Source: Eledone cirrhosa (Eukaryota). From it: a stretch of 64,000 nt of DNA. The translations under genes were made by a program, and so were the position numbers. The notes under the pieces were generated by a model. That model did not search any database. It was not told where the DNA came from and was given only the letters and a program-made list of their open reading frames with translations. The stretch spans positions 160,208,001 to 160,272,000 of the forward strand of contig OZ024740.1 in NCBI GenBank assembly GCA_964016885.1. Direction: 5' to 3'. Of this stretch, positions 28,634 to 40,559 are shown one piece after another (position 1 is the first letter of the stretch; each line of letters opens with the position of its first letter).

Positions 28634-28664
<31 letters not shown>

Positions 28665-28694
28665 GTATATATATATATGTATATATATGTATGT

Positions 28695-31620
28695 ATCATC
28701 GTCATCATCATCATCATTTTACGTCCGCTCTTCCCTGCTTGCAAGGGTGGGACGGGTCTTATTCAGCACATCATCTCTCCACTTGTCACGCTTCTTCGTC
28801 ATCTCCACCGTGAGCTTCTGCGATCTGAGGTCTGTTCTCACCACTTCCGCCCATGTCATCCTCCTTGCGCATCACATGTCCATACCACCTCAGTCTCCTC
28901 TCCCGTACACTACATTCTATCCCTCTCAGACACAGTTTCTCTCTCAACACATTTATGCTGGGTCGTTCACGCACATTGACACTGCACATCCAATGGAGCA
29001 TGGTTCCCTCATTTCTCTCCAGCCGTCGCATAACCTCTGCAGTTACTGCCCATGTCTCACTACCATGCAACATCGCGCTCCTCACACTGGCATCATATAA
29101 CCGGCCTTTCGTACGTAGGGAGAAACCCTTCTTCGTCACAAGTGGAAGCAGCTCCCTAAACTTCTTCCAACCCGTCCTTATTCTAGATACTATGGCCTCG
29201 GAACAACCCCCTCCTATGCTAATCTGATCTCCTAGGTACCGGAAGCTATCCACCACTTCTATAGCACCCGCCTGCATTTTGAAAATGTGTCTATCAATGC
29301 GACTTCTACTGTCAAATTTCCCTGTACATCTACTGCATAAATATTTCTCCATACCTGTTTGTTTGCCAGCTATCCCGCTACATCTCTTGTGTACCCAGGA
29401 TCTGCATTGTGTGCATTTTATAGAATTTATCCCAGTTCCTTTTCTGAGGACCGAACCTTGATGTCCTCCTACTTGTATCTGGAATTCCTCACTAAACTCC
29501 ATTCCTACCCTGAATTTACTGACAGTACCTCTGTACAAAGTTTGCACTGTCCTCACAAGCCATTCCTCAACACATAGTTTCCTTAGGTACCACCAGATGA
29601 CAGATCGGGGTACCCTACCAAAGGCCTTCTCTAGGTCAACAAAGGATAAGTATAGTGCTTTATTTTTCTCTAAGAACCTCTGTTGCAATTGTCTCACCAA
29701 GAAGAGGGCATCTGTTGTACTCTTGCCAGGCACAAAACCAAACTGCATCTCATCTAGTTTGACCCTTTCTCTAATTAGTTGTGCTAATATCCTTTCTGCC
29801 ACTTTCATAACCTGATCCATCAGTTTTATACCCCTATAATTGCTCCTCTCCAGAGCATCCCCTTTACCTTTGTAGCAATTAATGAGAATACTGCTGCACC
29901 AGTCTTTGGGTATGACACCATCATATATAGCCTGATTGATGATTCGTGCAACCAGCTTAGTGCCTACGTCCCCTGCTGCCTTCAGCATCTCAGCAACTAT
30001 TCCCGATGGTCCAGCAGCCTTACCATTTTTCATTTTCTTAATCGCCTCTTGGACCCTATATTCGTCAATCTCAATAGCTGGTCCCTCTGTCAGATCTACT
30101 GAGGGTAATTTCTCTCTCTCCCATTCATACTCCACATTCATCAGTCTCTCATAATGACATTTCCAGGCCTCCTTTTTCTGATCATTCGTGACACTAAGTA
30201 CACCGGCATCGTTCTGGACATATTTATCTCCAACAACATCCTGATTTGCATTGACACACTGCCTTGCAATGTGGAACACCGCACGCTTCTGCTCTTCCTT
30301 TCGCAGAACATTGGCAAATCTCCTACTCTAAGCCTCCCTGCGTGCTAAGTAGACCTGGCGTCTAGCTACTCTCTTAGCGGCTGTATATTCTTCCCTACTC
30401 CCACCCTTTTTCAAAGCCTTCCATGCTAGTCTTTTCTCTCTAATGGCCTTATATACTGTGCTGTTCCACCACCTGGTCACTCTCTGTCTGGTTGGAGCTC
30501 TGCTCCAGCCACAAGTTTCATCAGTAGCCTGCAGTAAGTTGTCACCTAAGAAATTCCAGTTATTATCTATGTCATACGTCTCTAAATCGTCTTCTTTTTA
30601 ATCATACACATCGTGAAGGGCTTTTCTAAATTTGTATTTTAGTGAAAGTCTTTTAGCTTCCAGACCTTTCTTCTCCACACCTTCCTGTATGTCTCATTCC
30701 ATATCTTGCTTACTGAGATATCCCTAACGACTAACCTATGCTGTGGGGTACATTCTTCTCCAGGGTATGCCTTGTTATTAGACACTATCTGCCTGTCCCG
30801 CTGCCTAACTAGTAAGAAGTCAATCTGGCTTATGTGCTCGCCAGATTTGTAGGTTATTAGGTGGTTGGCAGGTTTCTGGAAGTTTGTTTTGCAAATAGTC
30901 AGTGTACTTGCATCACAAAATTCAAGAAGTCTCACTCCTTCTTCATTTCTTGAGCCGTAACCGTGCCCACCATGTACCCTAGTGTAACTATCCTGGAGCT
31001 GTACAACATGACCATTGAAGTCCCCTGCTAGCATAACGATGTCTCCGTCCTGTCATTGCGGGTGCTTGTAAAAGATGCTCGTAAAAGCAGTCTTTCTCAT
31101 CTGTGCCTAGGCCTGCTTGGGGAGCATAGGCAGAGAGGATTGTCAGTAGTCTCCTGCCTACAACTAATCTAAGCTTAATTATTCGCTTACTAACTCAAAC
31201 AACCTCTATTGTCTTATTGATCCATCTCTCAGCCAGGAAAATGCCTACTCCCCCTAACCCATTATCCTTACCTACACAGAAAAGCTTAGAGCTAAGATGT
31301 TTGCCTACGACTATCTCGCAGAGGCACCTCTCCATCTCACCTCTTGCACGTAGCACACATCCACATGCCTTCTCTCCAGCATCTCCGCTATTTCAGCAGA
31401 TCTACCTCTGAGAGTGCCAACATTAAGTGTTGCAACTCTGAGATGCGACGTCTTCATATTTTGTTGTTGTTCCTATTTGTTGCTGTGCTGATAAGCGTTT
31501 TGGCATTGATACACTGGTTGGAGGCCCTTCCTAACACCAGAGCCACTTTACAGCATGGACTGGGTACTTTTATTTGTGCCACCAGCACTAGAGAGGATGT
31601 CTTACTAGACTCAAGGGCCC
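28695..31620 (-). mobile_element. Near full-length but degenerate RTE LINE (APE + RT) with internal RT deletion
   Basis: Start MKTSHLRVATLNVGTLRGRS (about 31457), GDFNGHV, QIDFLLV, HRLVV, KAAGPSG, NYRGIKL, MQFGF, FVDLEKAF, YLGD and [11 protein letters not shown], plus a (GAT)n tail. The YADD region is deleted. Confidence 0.93.
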
Positions 31621-31867
31621 TCTCTACCCCTCCATTTTACAGCATAGTCATAAAAAAAACTTTTTGACACACGCACACACACACACACACACACACACCA
31701 ACATTCATGCATACAAACTACAGACACACACGCCACTCATACACCAACACTCATGCATACAAACGCACACATACATACGTATATATATATATTACCTACA
31801 GTACTGATACAAAATCAAAATCATGTCAACTGTTGACTTTTCCCAGTCCAGTTCAGTTTTTATACGC

Positions 31868-32600
31868 TGGTGATGGTGGTGAATGGTGGTGGTGATGGTG
31901 GTGGATGGCGTCAGTGGTGATGGTGGTGGTGGTGGATGGTGTCAGTGATGGTGGTGATGGTGATGGTGGTGGTGGTGGATGGTGTCAGTCATGGTGATGG
32001 TGGCGGATGATGTCAGTGATGGTGGTGGTGGTGGTAGGGGTGGAGGTGGTGGATATGGTCAGTGATGGTGATGGTGGTGGTGGTGGATGGTGACTGACGG
32101 TGGCGATGGTGGAGGTGGTGGATGGTGCCAGTGATGTTGGCGGTGGTAGTAGTGGTGGTGTGAAGGTGGTGGATGGTGTCAGTGATGGTGCTGATGGCGG
32201 TGGTGGTGGATGGTGCCAGTGATGGTAGTGGTGGTGGTTGTGGTGCTGGATGGTGTTAGCGATGGCGGTGGTGGTGGATGGTGCCAGTGATGGTGGTGGG
32301 GTAGGGGTGGTGAAGGTGGAATATGGTGTCAGTATGGTGATGGTGGTGGATGGTGTCAATGATGGTGGTGGTAGCTGTTGCTGTCGTGTTATTGTTGTTG
32401 TTGCTGCTGCTGCCGTTGTTGTTGTTCTTCATTTCACTGATGCTGCTGCTGCAGAAAATGCTGGTGGTGCTGTTGCTGTTATTGTAGTCGCATATATATA
32501 AATACATACACACAATCAACACAGTCAATGGTGCTGTTGCTGCTGTTGTTGTTGCTGTCGCTGTTGTTGTAGTTGCTGTTGTTGTTGTAGTTGTTGCTGT
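31868..32600. repeat. (GGT)n-rich minisatellite (unit about GGTGGTGGATGGTGTCAGTGAT) followed by (GTT/GCT)n
   Basis: Directly visible. Confidence 0.9.
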
Positions 32601-32658
32601 GTTGAAATCTGGTCGCATCCACTGAGATATATATATACATACATATATACACACACAT

Positions 32659-32711
<53 letters not shown>

Positions 32712-33012
32712 CATACATCAAAGGAGTTAGCAGTTTTTCAACAGGTCAACCAGCTTAGATAGGTTAATGAGTTATGTGGTGAAGGTGGGGAGCGAGTGTA
32801 GACGTTATTGCTATTGTGGTGGCGAGGGGCAGTGAGATGTACAAGTTCATAGTTCACTTGTTCCTTTTTTCCTCTCTTTTCAAAATTTGAATTTATGGCC
32901 TTTTGCAATGGCGGACAAGTAAGCGTAAAATGTAATTTTTTTTTTATATATACATATATATATATATATGTCTATATATGTATATATATATATGTGTGTG
33001 TGTGTATATGTT

Positions 33013-33046
<34 letters not shown>

Positions 33047-33106
33047 CATATATATATATTAATATATATATATATATTAATATATATATATATGTTTATA
33101 TGTGTA

Positions 33107-33137
<31 letters not shown>

Positions 33138-33148
33138 ATATATGTATA

Positions 33149-33203
<55 letters not shown>

Positions 33204-33288
33204 GTATATATATATGTATATATATATGTATGTGTATATATATATATATGTATATATATGAATGTATATATATATGTATATATATATG

Positions 33289-33345
<57 letters not shown>

Positions 33346-33418
33346 GTATATATATGTATGTGTATATATATATATGTATATATATGAATATATATGTATA
33401 TATATGTATATATGTGTA

Positions 33419-33459
<41 letters not shown>

Positions 33460-33682
33460 GTGTATATATATGTATATATATATATGATTATATATATGTA
33501 TATATATGGATATATAAGTATATATATATGTATATATATGTATATATATATATGGATATATATGTATATATATGTATATATATATGTATATATATATATG
33601 TATATATATGGATATCTGATTATATATATGTTATTATATATATATGTATATATATATGTATATATATATGTATATATATATG

Positions 33683-33741
<59 letters not shown>

Positions 33742-33744
33742 GTG

Positions 33745-33797
<53 letters not shown>

Positions 33798-34071
33798 GTG
33801 TATATATATATATGTATATGTATATATATGTATGTATATATATATATATATGTATATATATATGTATATATATATATGTATATATATATAATGTATATAT
33901 ATATATTTCTGCTCCCTCACAAGTTGAGCTTATTAAGTTGCGTGTGTTGGACTGTTATTTCTATTTCTATTCAATACACGCTTACCACGTTTGACTAGCG
34001 GAGCACGAGGTGACAAATTCATCTTCCTGTGTGAACGTTGGCAAATAGTGTTTGTGACGTTTAATCAGAAA

Positions 34072-34149
34072 CTCTCGCTGATGAAGCCCAGGATTATCTG
34101 TTACAAACACACTCAGGGCGAAACAGATTAGGGATAATCTGTCCGAGAG
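34072..34149 (+). ncRNA. Type I hammerhead ribozyme with full stem III, in probable solo pLTR 33906-34356
   Basis: CTCTCG-CTGATGA-A-GCCC...GGGC-GAAA-CAGATT/AGGGAT/AATCTG-TC-CGAGAG; predicted cleavage after GUC (34143). Confidence 0.9.
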
Positions 34150-34445
34150 ATATAATGGTTATTGAGGCGGTTTGTATATTTCATCATTCTGTCTGCTTCT
34201 TGGTTAAATATTTCAAACAAATGTGGTTTTTCAACCCTTGTAATTTTAGACACACGGTTTACTGTGTTTCTTACTATATATTATTTATCAGCTCAGTATT
34301 TATACTTGGAGCTTAATAGTTGCAGGGTTCCAATTGAGTGTTAACTCTAATTTTCATATATATATATATGTGTATATATATATGTATATATATATATGTA
34401 TAATTATATGTATAATTATATGTATAATTATATGTATATATATAT

Positions 34446-36518
34446 ATGTATAATTCCTCAAAAAATGTTTTAGTCCACTCTGACAAAACCAATAACCTAT
34501 ATGGTATTTCCAAGGATAATTATAACAACCTTATCCTAAAGGAACTTAGGAAAAAGTATCGTAAAACCAACCATGAAAATTTAGAATGCATAAACCTTGA
34601 AGCCTATGAGATTATGTCAAAACTTGGCATTGAAAAAAAGACCGAACCATTCCTCCCAAGAACTCCGAGGATAAATCTCAAGGATCACAAAAACAATTTT
34701 CGCACTGAACTACCTGTTAGATTAATCGCCCCCTCTAAATCTGATCTGGGGGTTGTTAGTAAAGCCATCTTGGATAGGATTATCCCACAGGTTAGTTCTA
34801 ATTGCTCTTCTTTAAACCTAAATTTATGGTTTGGTACTTCTGAAGTGATTGGCTGGTTCAACAAATTGGATAATAAAAACAAACTAAAATTTATTCAATT
34901 CGATATTGCCAGCTACTATTCCTCCATTTCGCCTTCACTTCTCAATAATGCTCTATCTTTCGCACTTAAATATTCTGACATCACCACAGATGAACTTCAC
35001 ATCATCCTCACCGCACGTAAAACCATCCTAGAGTTCAACAACGAATATTGGACCAGAGCCGATACCTCTAACAACTTCGACATCACAATGGGAGCATCCG
35101 ATTCATCCCAATTGACTGATTTAATTGGTATCTTCATTTTGAACTCTTTGAGTCGGAAAATTCCTCAACTTCGCGGTGGAATTTATCGTGACGATGGACT
35201 CTTTACTATCCTAAATTGCAATATAGTTAAACTTAATATTATTAAGAACAATATACGTAATCTCTTTAACCAACATAACCTAAAAATTGAATTTGATAAT
35301 AGTACCAAACTAGCTAATTTCTTGGATGTATCTCTTAATCTTGACACTGGCCTATATTACCCTTACCATAAAAACAATGAGAATCTTAATTATGTTAACT
35401 TTAAATCTAACCATCCTACCAATATCAAGAATGCTATAGTTAATAATATTGGAAATAGAATATCTAACATATCTTCTAATAAAAACATCTTTGATGCTAA
35501 CGCCAATTACTATAATAACGCACTTTCTAAAGCTGGCTATCCAGATAAAATCAAATATAATAAAGAAACAAATTCTAGGAAAACTTACAGTAGAATATTT
35601 AATCATAACCATTCCAATAATTTTAATAAAAGACCTAGATACAAAAACATAATCTGGTATAATGCTCCTTTCTCCATCTCTATTAATAACAATATTCCTA
35701 AATTATTTTTTAGTGCCTTAAATAAATGCTTCCCTCCCTCACATATCTATAGTAAAATATTTAACAAACACACCATTAAATTTTCGTATTCTACATCCTC
35801 CAATATTTCCAACATCATTTCTAAACACAACAACAAAATATTAAATACTAAATCTCTTCCTTCCAATATTGAATCTCATAATAACAATAATAGTACTCCT
35901 GACGTCATTGTAAACCCTAGGCTAACTTCTGTAAACCCAAATGCAACGTCAAACACAACTTCGCTAAATGTTCATAATCCAACTCTAAATCAAGAAACTA
36001 TTATTCCTATTATTCCTATCGCAAACAACTTCTCCAATCCAATTCCTTCTATAGATAACACTAGATCACTCATTAATAATCTCTCTAATTGCAACTGCCG
36101 CATTAAAAATAAATGTCCTCTCAACAACCATTGCCTCGATAAAAACTTAATTTATGAATGTAAAATTATAACTAGCACCAACTCCTTCACCTATTTTGGC
36201 TCCACTTCCACCTCTTTTAAAGCTCGTCTCTATAATCATCATTCATCTTTCAAATACAAACTTAAAAGAACTAACACTGCTCTCTCAGAACTCATATGGT
36301 CCTTAAAAGACAAAAACATTAAATATAACATCTTTTGGAAAAAGATTTCTTCTGCATCCTCGTACTTGAACAGTTCTCTATCTAAAATCTGTAATCTCTG
36401 CCTAAATGAAAAATTTACCATTATCTCTAACCTAGAATCCATAATAAATAGACGCTCGGATTTGTTTTCCATCTGCCTTCATAAATTCCATAGAACTTTT
36501 CACAAAGTATACAGTTAA
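34446..36518 (+). CDS. Penelope-like element RT + C-terminal GIY-YIG endonuclease (uninterrupted ORF, 5'-truncated)
   Basis: SDKT, VRLIAPSKSDLG, FIQFDI, FDITMGASD, GIYRDDGL, NFLDV, NIIWYNAP, CNCR...CPL..HCL..NLIY...TYFGST..FKARLYNH, CNLCLNEK and CLH. The ATG lies inside the flanking (TA)n, so it is not the native start. Confidence 0.93.
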   Translation: MYNSSKNVLVHSDKTNNLYGISKDNYNNLILKELRKKYRKTNHENLECINLEAYEIMSKLGIEKKTEPFLPRTPRINLKDHKNNFRTELPVRLIAPSKSDLGVVSKAILDRIIPQVSSNCSSLNLNLWFGTSEVIGWFNKLDNKNKLKFIQFDIASYYSSISPSLLNNALSFALKYSDITTDELHIILTARKTILEFNNEYWTRADTSNNFDITMGASDSSQLTDLIGIFILNSLSRKIPQLRGGIYRDDGLFTILNCNIVKLNIIKNNIRNLFNQHNLKIEFDNSTKLANFLDVSLNLDTGLYYPYHKNNENLNYVNFKSNHPTNIKNAIVNNIGNRISNISSNKNIFDANANYYNNALSKAGYPDKIKYNKETNSRKTYSRIFNHNHSNNFNKRPRYKNIIWYNAPFSISINNNIPKLFFSALNKCFPPSHIYSKIFNKHTIKFSYSTSSNISNIISKHNNKILNTKSLPSNIESHNNNNSTPDVIVNPRLTSVNPNATSNTTSLNVHNPTLNQETIIPIIPIANNFSNPIPSIDNTRSLINNLSNCNCRIKNKCPLNNHCLDKNLIYECKIITSTNSFTYFGSTSTSFKARLYNHHSSFKYKLKRTNTALSELIWSLKDKNIKYNIFWKKISSASSYLNSSLSKICNLCLNEKFTIISNLESIINRRSDLFSICLHKFHRTFHKVYS

Positions 36519-37737
36519 TATTCAATTCTTTATCAATTTAGAATCTTTTCTCAAAGGCACATATACATACACCTCTTTAAAATATACCCATCTACCTTAC
36601 TTTAAAGGGCATTATACACTCTATAGTACTCGTTTATTCATTTACCTCATCCTATCTTCTCGTAAAACAATAACATTTGTTTTTGACATTTTGAATATTC
36701 ATCCGCAATCATTATTATTTTTTTTTTCCCTCTATCATAAATCTTTTTAATCTCAATTTCATCCTTAATTTATTATTATATATATTTTTTTTAATATATA
36801 CTCATATATTCTTTAAAATATACCCATCTACCTTACTTTAAAGGGCATTATACACTCTATAATACCCGTTTACTCATCACCCTCATTATATCTCTTCGTA
36901 AAACAATAACATTTGTTTTTGACATTTTGAGTATTCATCCGCAATCATTATTATTTTTTCTCTCTATCATAAATCTTTTTAATCTCAATTTCATCCTTAA
37001 TTTATTATTATTATTTTTTTCTCCCCATCAACGAACTCATTATTAATACATATGAATTCAATATAAATTTTTCTCAAATCCTATACATAAACTTTTTCTC
37101 TTTGCTAATTTTAAGATTCCTACATTTCTCCTTTTGAATATTCACCCACAATTATTATTTTTTTCTCTCTATCTCCATACATAATCTCCCTTCGTTATTT
37201 TTTTCTCTCTATCTCCATACATAATTTCCCTTCGTTAATTTTCAAATTCCTTTAATTTATACATTATCTTCCAACGGTTCCCAACCTCTCTATATTAAAA
37301 CATTATATCTTTTTCTCAGTTATAAAAACTATCTCTTTCTCTCTATCACCCATCTCTCCCTTTCCACCTTCACTCTCATCTCCTCCCTTTTTTTCATCCT
37401 TTCCACCCCCACCCCTCCCTAAATATAATATATTTTTTCCTCGCACATATCCTCCCTTCGTTAATTTTCAAAATTTTTAATTTATACAGTATCTTCCAAC
37501 GGTTTTCAACCCCTCTATATAAAATATATCTCCTCTCTGTTATAAAAACTATCTCTTTCTCTCTATCACCCATCTCTCCCTCTCATCTCCTTCCCTTTTC
37601 ATCCTTTTCTCTCCCCCCCTCTCTAAATAAAATATTTTTCCCAATATCACACATCAATCTAAAACCACTTTTCATATGTTGATTTAAAACTGCACTATCA
37701 ACAAGTGTTTTTTTAGCCTTCATATCATGTTCTCCTG

Positions 37738-37804
37738 TTTTATCTGATGAAAACACAAATATTATTGTTTGATGATGTTTGTTTTTGAAATGCGCATAAT
37801 AAAA
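37738..37804 (+). ncRNA. Type I hammerhead ribozyme motif
   Basis: TTTTAT-CTGATGA-stem II-GAAA-TGCGCA-TA-ATAAAA, about 35 nt before the element end. Confidence 0.82.
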
Positions 37805-37850
37805 TATATTGAACTCCTTTAACCATCTTTTGATCTTATATATATATATG

Positions 37851-37902
<52 letters not shown>

Positions 37903-37954
37903 TATATATATGTATATATATATGTATATATCTATATATCTATATATATATATT

Positions 37955-38004
<50 letters not shown>

Positions 38005-38142
38005 TGAATATATATATGTATATATATATGTATATATCTATATATATATATGTATATATATGTATATATATATATATGTATATATATGTATATATATATA
38101 TGTATATATATATATGTATATATTTATATGTATATATATATG

Positions 38143-38175
<33 letters not shown>

Positions 38176-38245
38176 GTATATATATATGTATATATATAAC
38201 GGAGGAAATGTGGTAAGGAACCAGGTGGACCATAACGCACCAATG

Positions 38246-38296
<51 letters not shown>

Positions 38297-38473
38297 GTAT
38301 ATATATATATGTATATATATTTATTAAATATTATTTTGATATATATTTATCCTTATCGATCCCTCTTTTGAATTTAGTCTTCAAATTTATTATTATTACT
38401 ATACATATATATATATATACATATATATATACATATATGTATATATATAAGGATGTAAAAAATCATTGAAAAA

Positions 38474-38522
38474 TTGCTCTGAAGAATCCAAACCTCGGTT
38501 TGGAAGAAACAATTGTAAGTAA
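38474..38522 (+). ncRNA. Type I hammerhead ribozyme in solo pLTR end 38450-38725 (family of 3394-6494)
   Basis: TTGCT-CTGAAGA-A-TCCAAACC/TC/GGTTTGGA-A-GAAA-CAATTG-TA-AGTAA. The downstream ~200 nt are homologous to the reverse complement of 3394-3597. Confidence 0.85.
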
Positions 38523-38739
38523 ATAAATGATTTAAACAGAACTTTGATTCATGTAATTTTCTATAGAACTACTGTAGAACAACTGATGTTGTTACATTGA
38601 GCTATTTATCTTACTGCTAATAAGGTAGTAATAAATTACTGTCTTTCACTATTTAGGGTTTAAAATATATATAACTATAAAATGTTTTAGTATATACACA
38701 ACCATAAATAGTATCCTTAATACTATGTATATATATATG

Positions 38740-38774
<35 letters not shown>

Positions 38775-38775
38775 G

Positions 38776-38829
<54 letters not shown>

Positions 38830-38875
38830 TATATGTGTATATATATGTATATATATATGTATATAGATATATATG

Positions 38876-39038
<163 letters not shown>

Positions 39039-39049
39039 GTATATATATA

Positions 39050-40480
39050 TTGTTATACTTTGGGAAGGTCATATTTGTGTAATATTGCCAGAATTAATAA
39101 CAGAACACACTCACTGTTTGGTTGGTTTTCGCTTTTCGCTTCTGTGTCTTTTATATCGGTAATCTAATTTACTCGGTCCTCAATGTTGCCATTGACTGAC
39201 CGACGGTCAAAAATAATACAGATACAATATAGACATAAACACATATATATAGTTTATCGTAAATCTTTCGTTGCACATCTGAAACAACGTCAGTGGTGCT
39301 ATTGTTTCCTCCCGTTGCATTGTATGTCTACGCCATTTTTATTCAGTCTGTCTATATATTTATTTATTTATTTGCTTGTTTGTTTATTTTATTTTGTCTT
39401 CTTTGCGCATGCGTTTGCGTGTGTGTATAGTGTTTTGTTTGATGTGTGATGTGTGTTCGTGATTGACTAGTGTGTGTTTATGTGTTTGTTGTTATTGTGC
39501 TTGTGTATGTATTTATTTATTTATTTATTTATTTTATTTTATTGACTTATTTATACTTCTCTTAGGTCAGTGTTGTTTGTTTGGGTGTTGTTGTTATTCC
39601 ATTCATTCTTTCTGTTTAGTCTTGGTCTTCTAAGTTCTATTTCACTGGCCTCTCTGATTTGCCTATCTGCTGGGTCATTTCTATGTTTAGATATTATTCT
39701 AATTTCTATGTTGTCTATGTTTCCGTCATGTTGTTGTCTAGCATGTTCGTATAGTACTGATCCGTTTTTTCGTCTTTTTAGTTCCCCCAGTGTTGGTCTA
39801 TCCTTTCACCTATGCTACGAGCTGTCTCACCTATGTATGTTGTTGTCATGTTTCTGCAAGTACCCTCTGTACATCTTATGCTATAGACTACGTTTCTAGT
39901 TTTACAGTTTATCCGGGGGTTCACCTTACATATGATACATTTCCTATTGGTACAGTGGGTTTTCTTAAAAGGGTAGGTTTTGCTGATCAGGGATTTTATG
40001 GTGGTTCCTGGCTTTTCTACCACCTTTATTTTTAAGTGGGTCTTTCTCAGGGCCTTTCTACACTGGTTAGCTAATTTCCCTCCAGGGATGGCGTCCACAA
40101 ACATGACACTCTGGTATCTCTGGTTGTCGTACCATTATGTGGCTTTCCCTATCTTATATCTAGCCCTATCTAAGCTATTCCATGATTTGCTCCTGTATAA
40201 TGGGCAAATTCCTTTCATGTCCAGTTCTATGAGGGTCTTATACTTTTCCATGGCTCCTTCGTATACTCTGACTATGTCTCTTTGGTTGTAGCCAGAGAAC
40301 TACATGCGGTTGATGAAGTGTTGGATGTATCTTTCCATTTCTGTTGGGTCGCACATGCTGGACACATTCTTCATCACTCGTACCAAATCTGCGATCAGAA
40401 TATTAAACTTAGCACTACTGGACATTGCTGAGTTTTTGAGTATCAGGTATTTGGAGGCCATGGGTTTAGCATAGTGTGAG
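39050..40480 (-). mobile_element. Degenerate PLE 3' part (thumb, Cys linker, GIY-YIG, pLTR), third protein family
   Basis: HYAKPMASK..I...SAM, KIKVVEKPG, CTNRKCIIC...CKTRNVVYSIRCTEGTC...YIGETARSIGERIDQH; degenerate HHR at about 39254-39298. Confidence 0.85.
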
Positions 40481-40559
40481 TGGAGAATGATCAGGTAAGA
40501 AACCCATGGCCTCCAGTTCTTTTTATTGTGGGAGTGGGATGGCATTAGCTGTCAATCCA

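Larger units (their letters stand above)
34446..37840 (+). mobile_element. PLE insertion (ORF + 1.3-kb pyrimidine-rich 3' UTR/pLTR) in (TA)n
   Basis: The 3' UTR nearly matches 21119-22539, ends in the HHR-bearing terminal unit and then runs into (TA)n. Confidence 0.92.

Noticed and set aside
34446-36518. Naiad-type permuted or selenoprotein PLE
   Set aside because: The endonuclease is C-terminal and there are no in-frame UGA codons.
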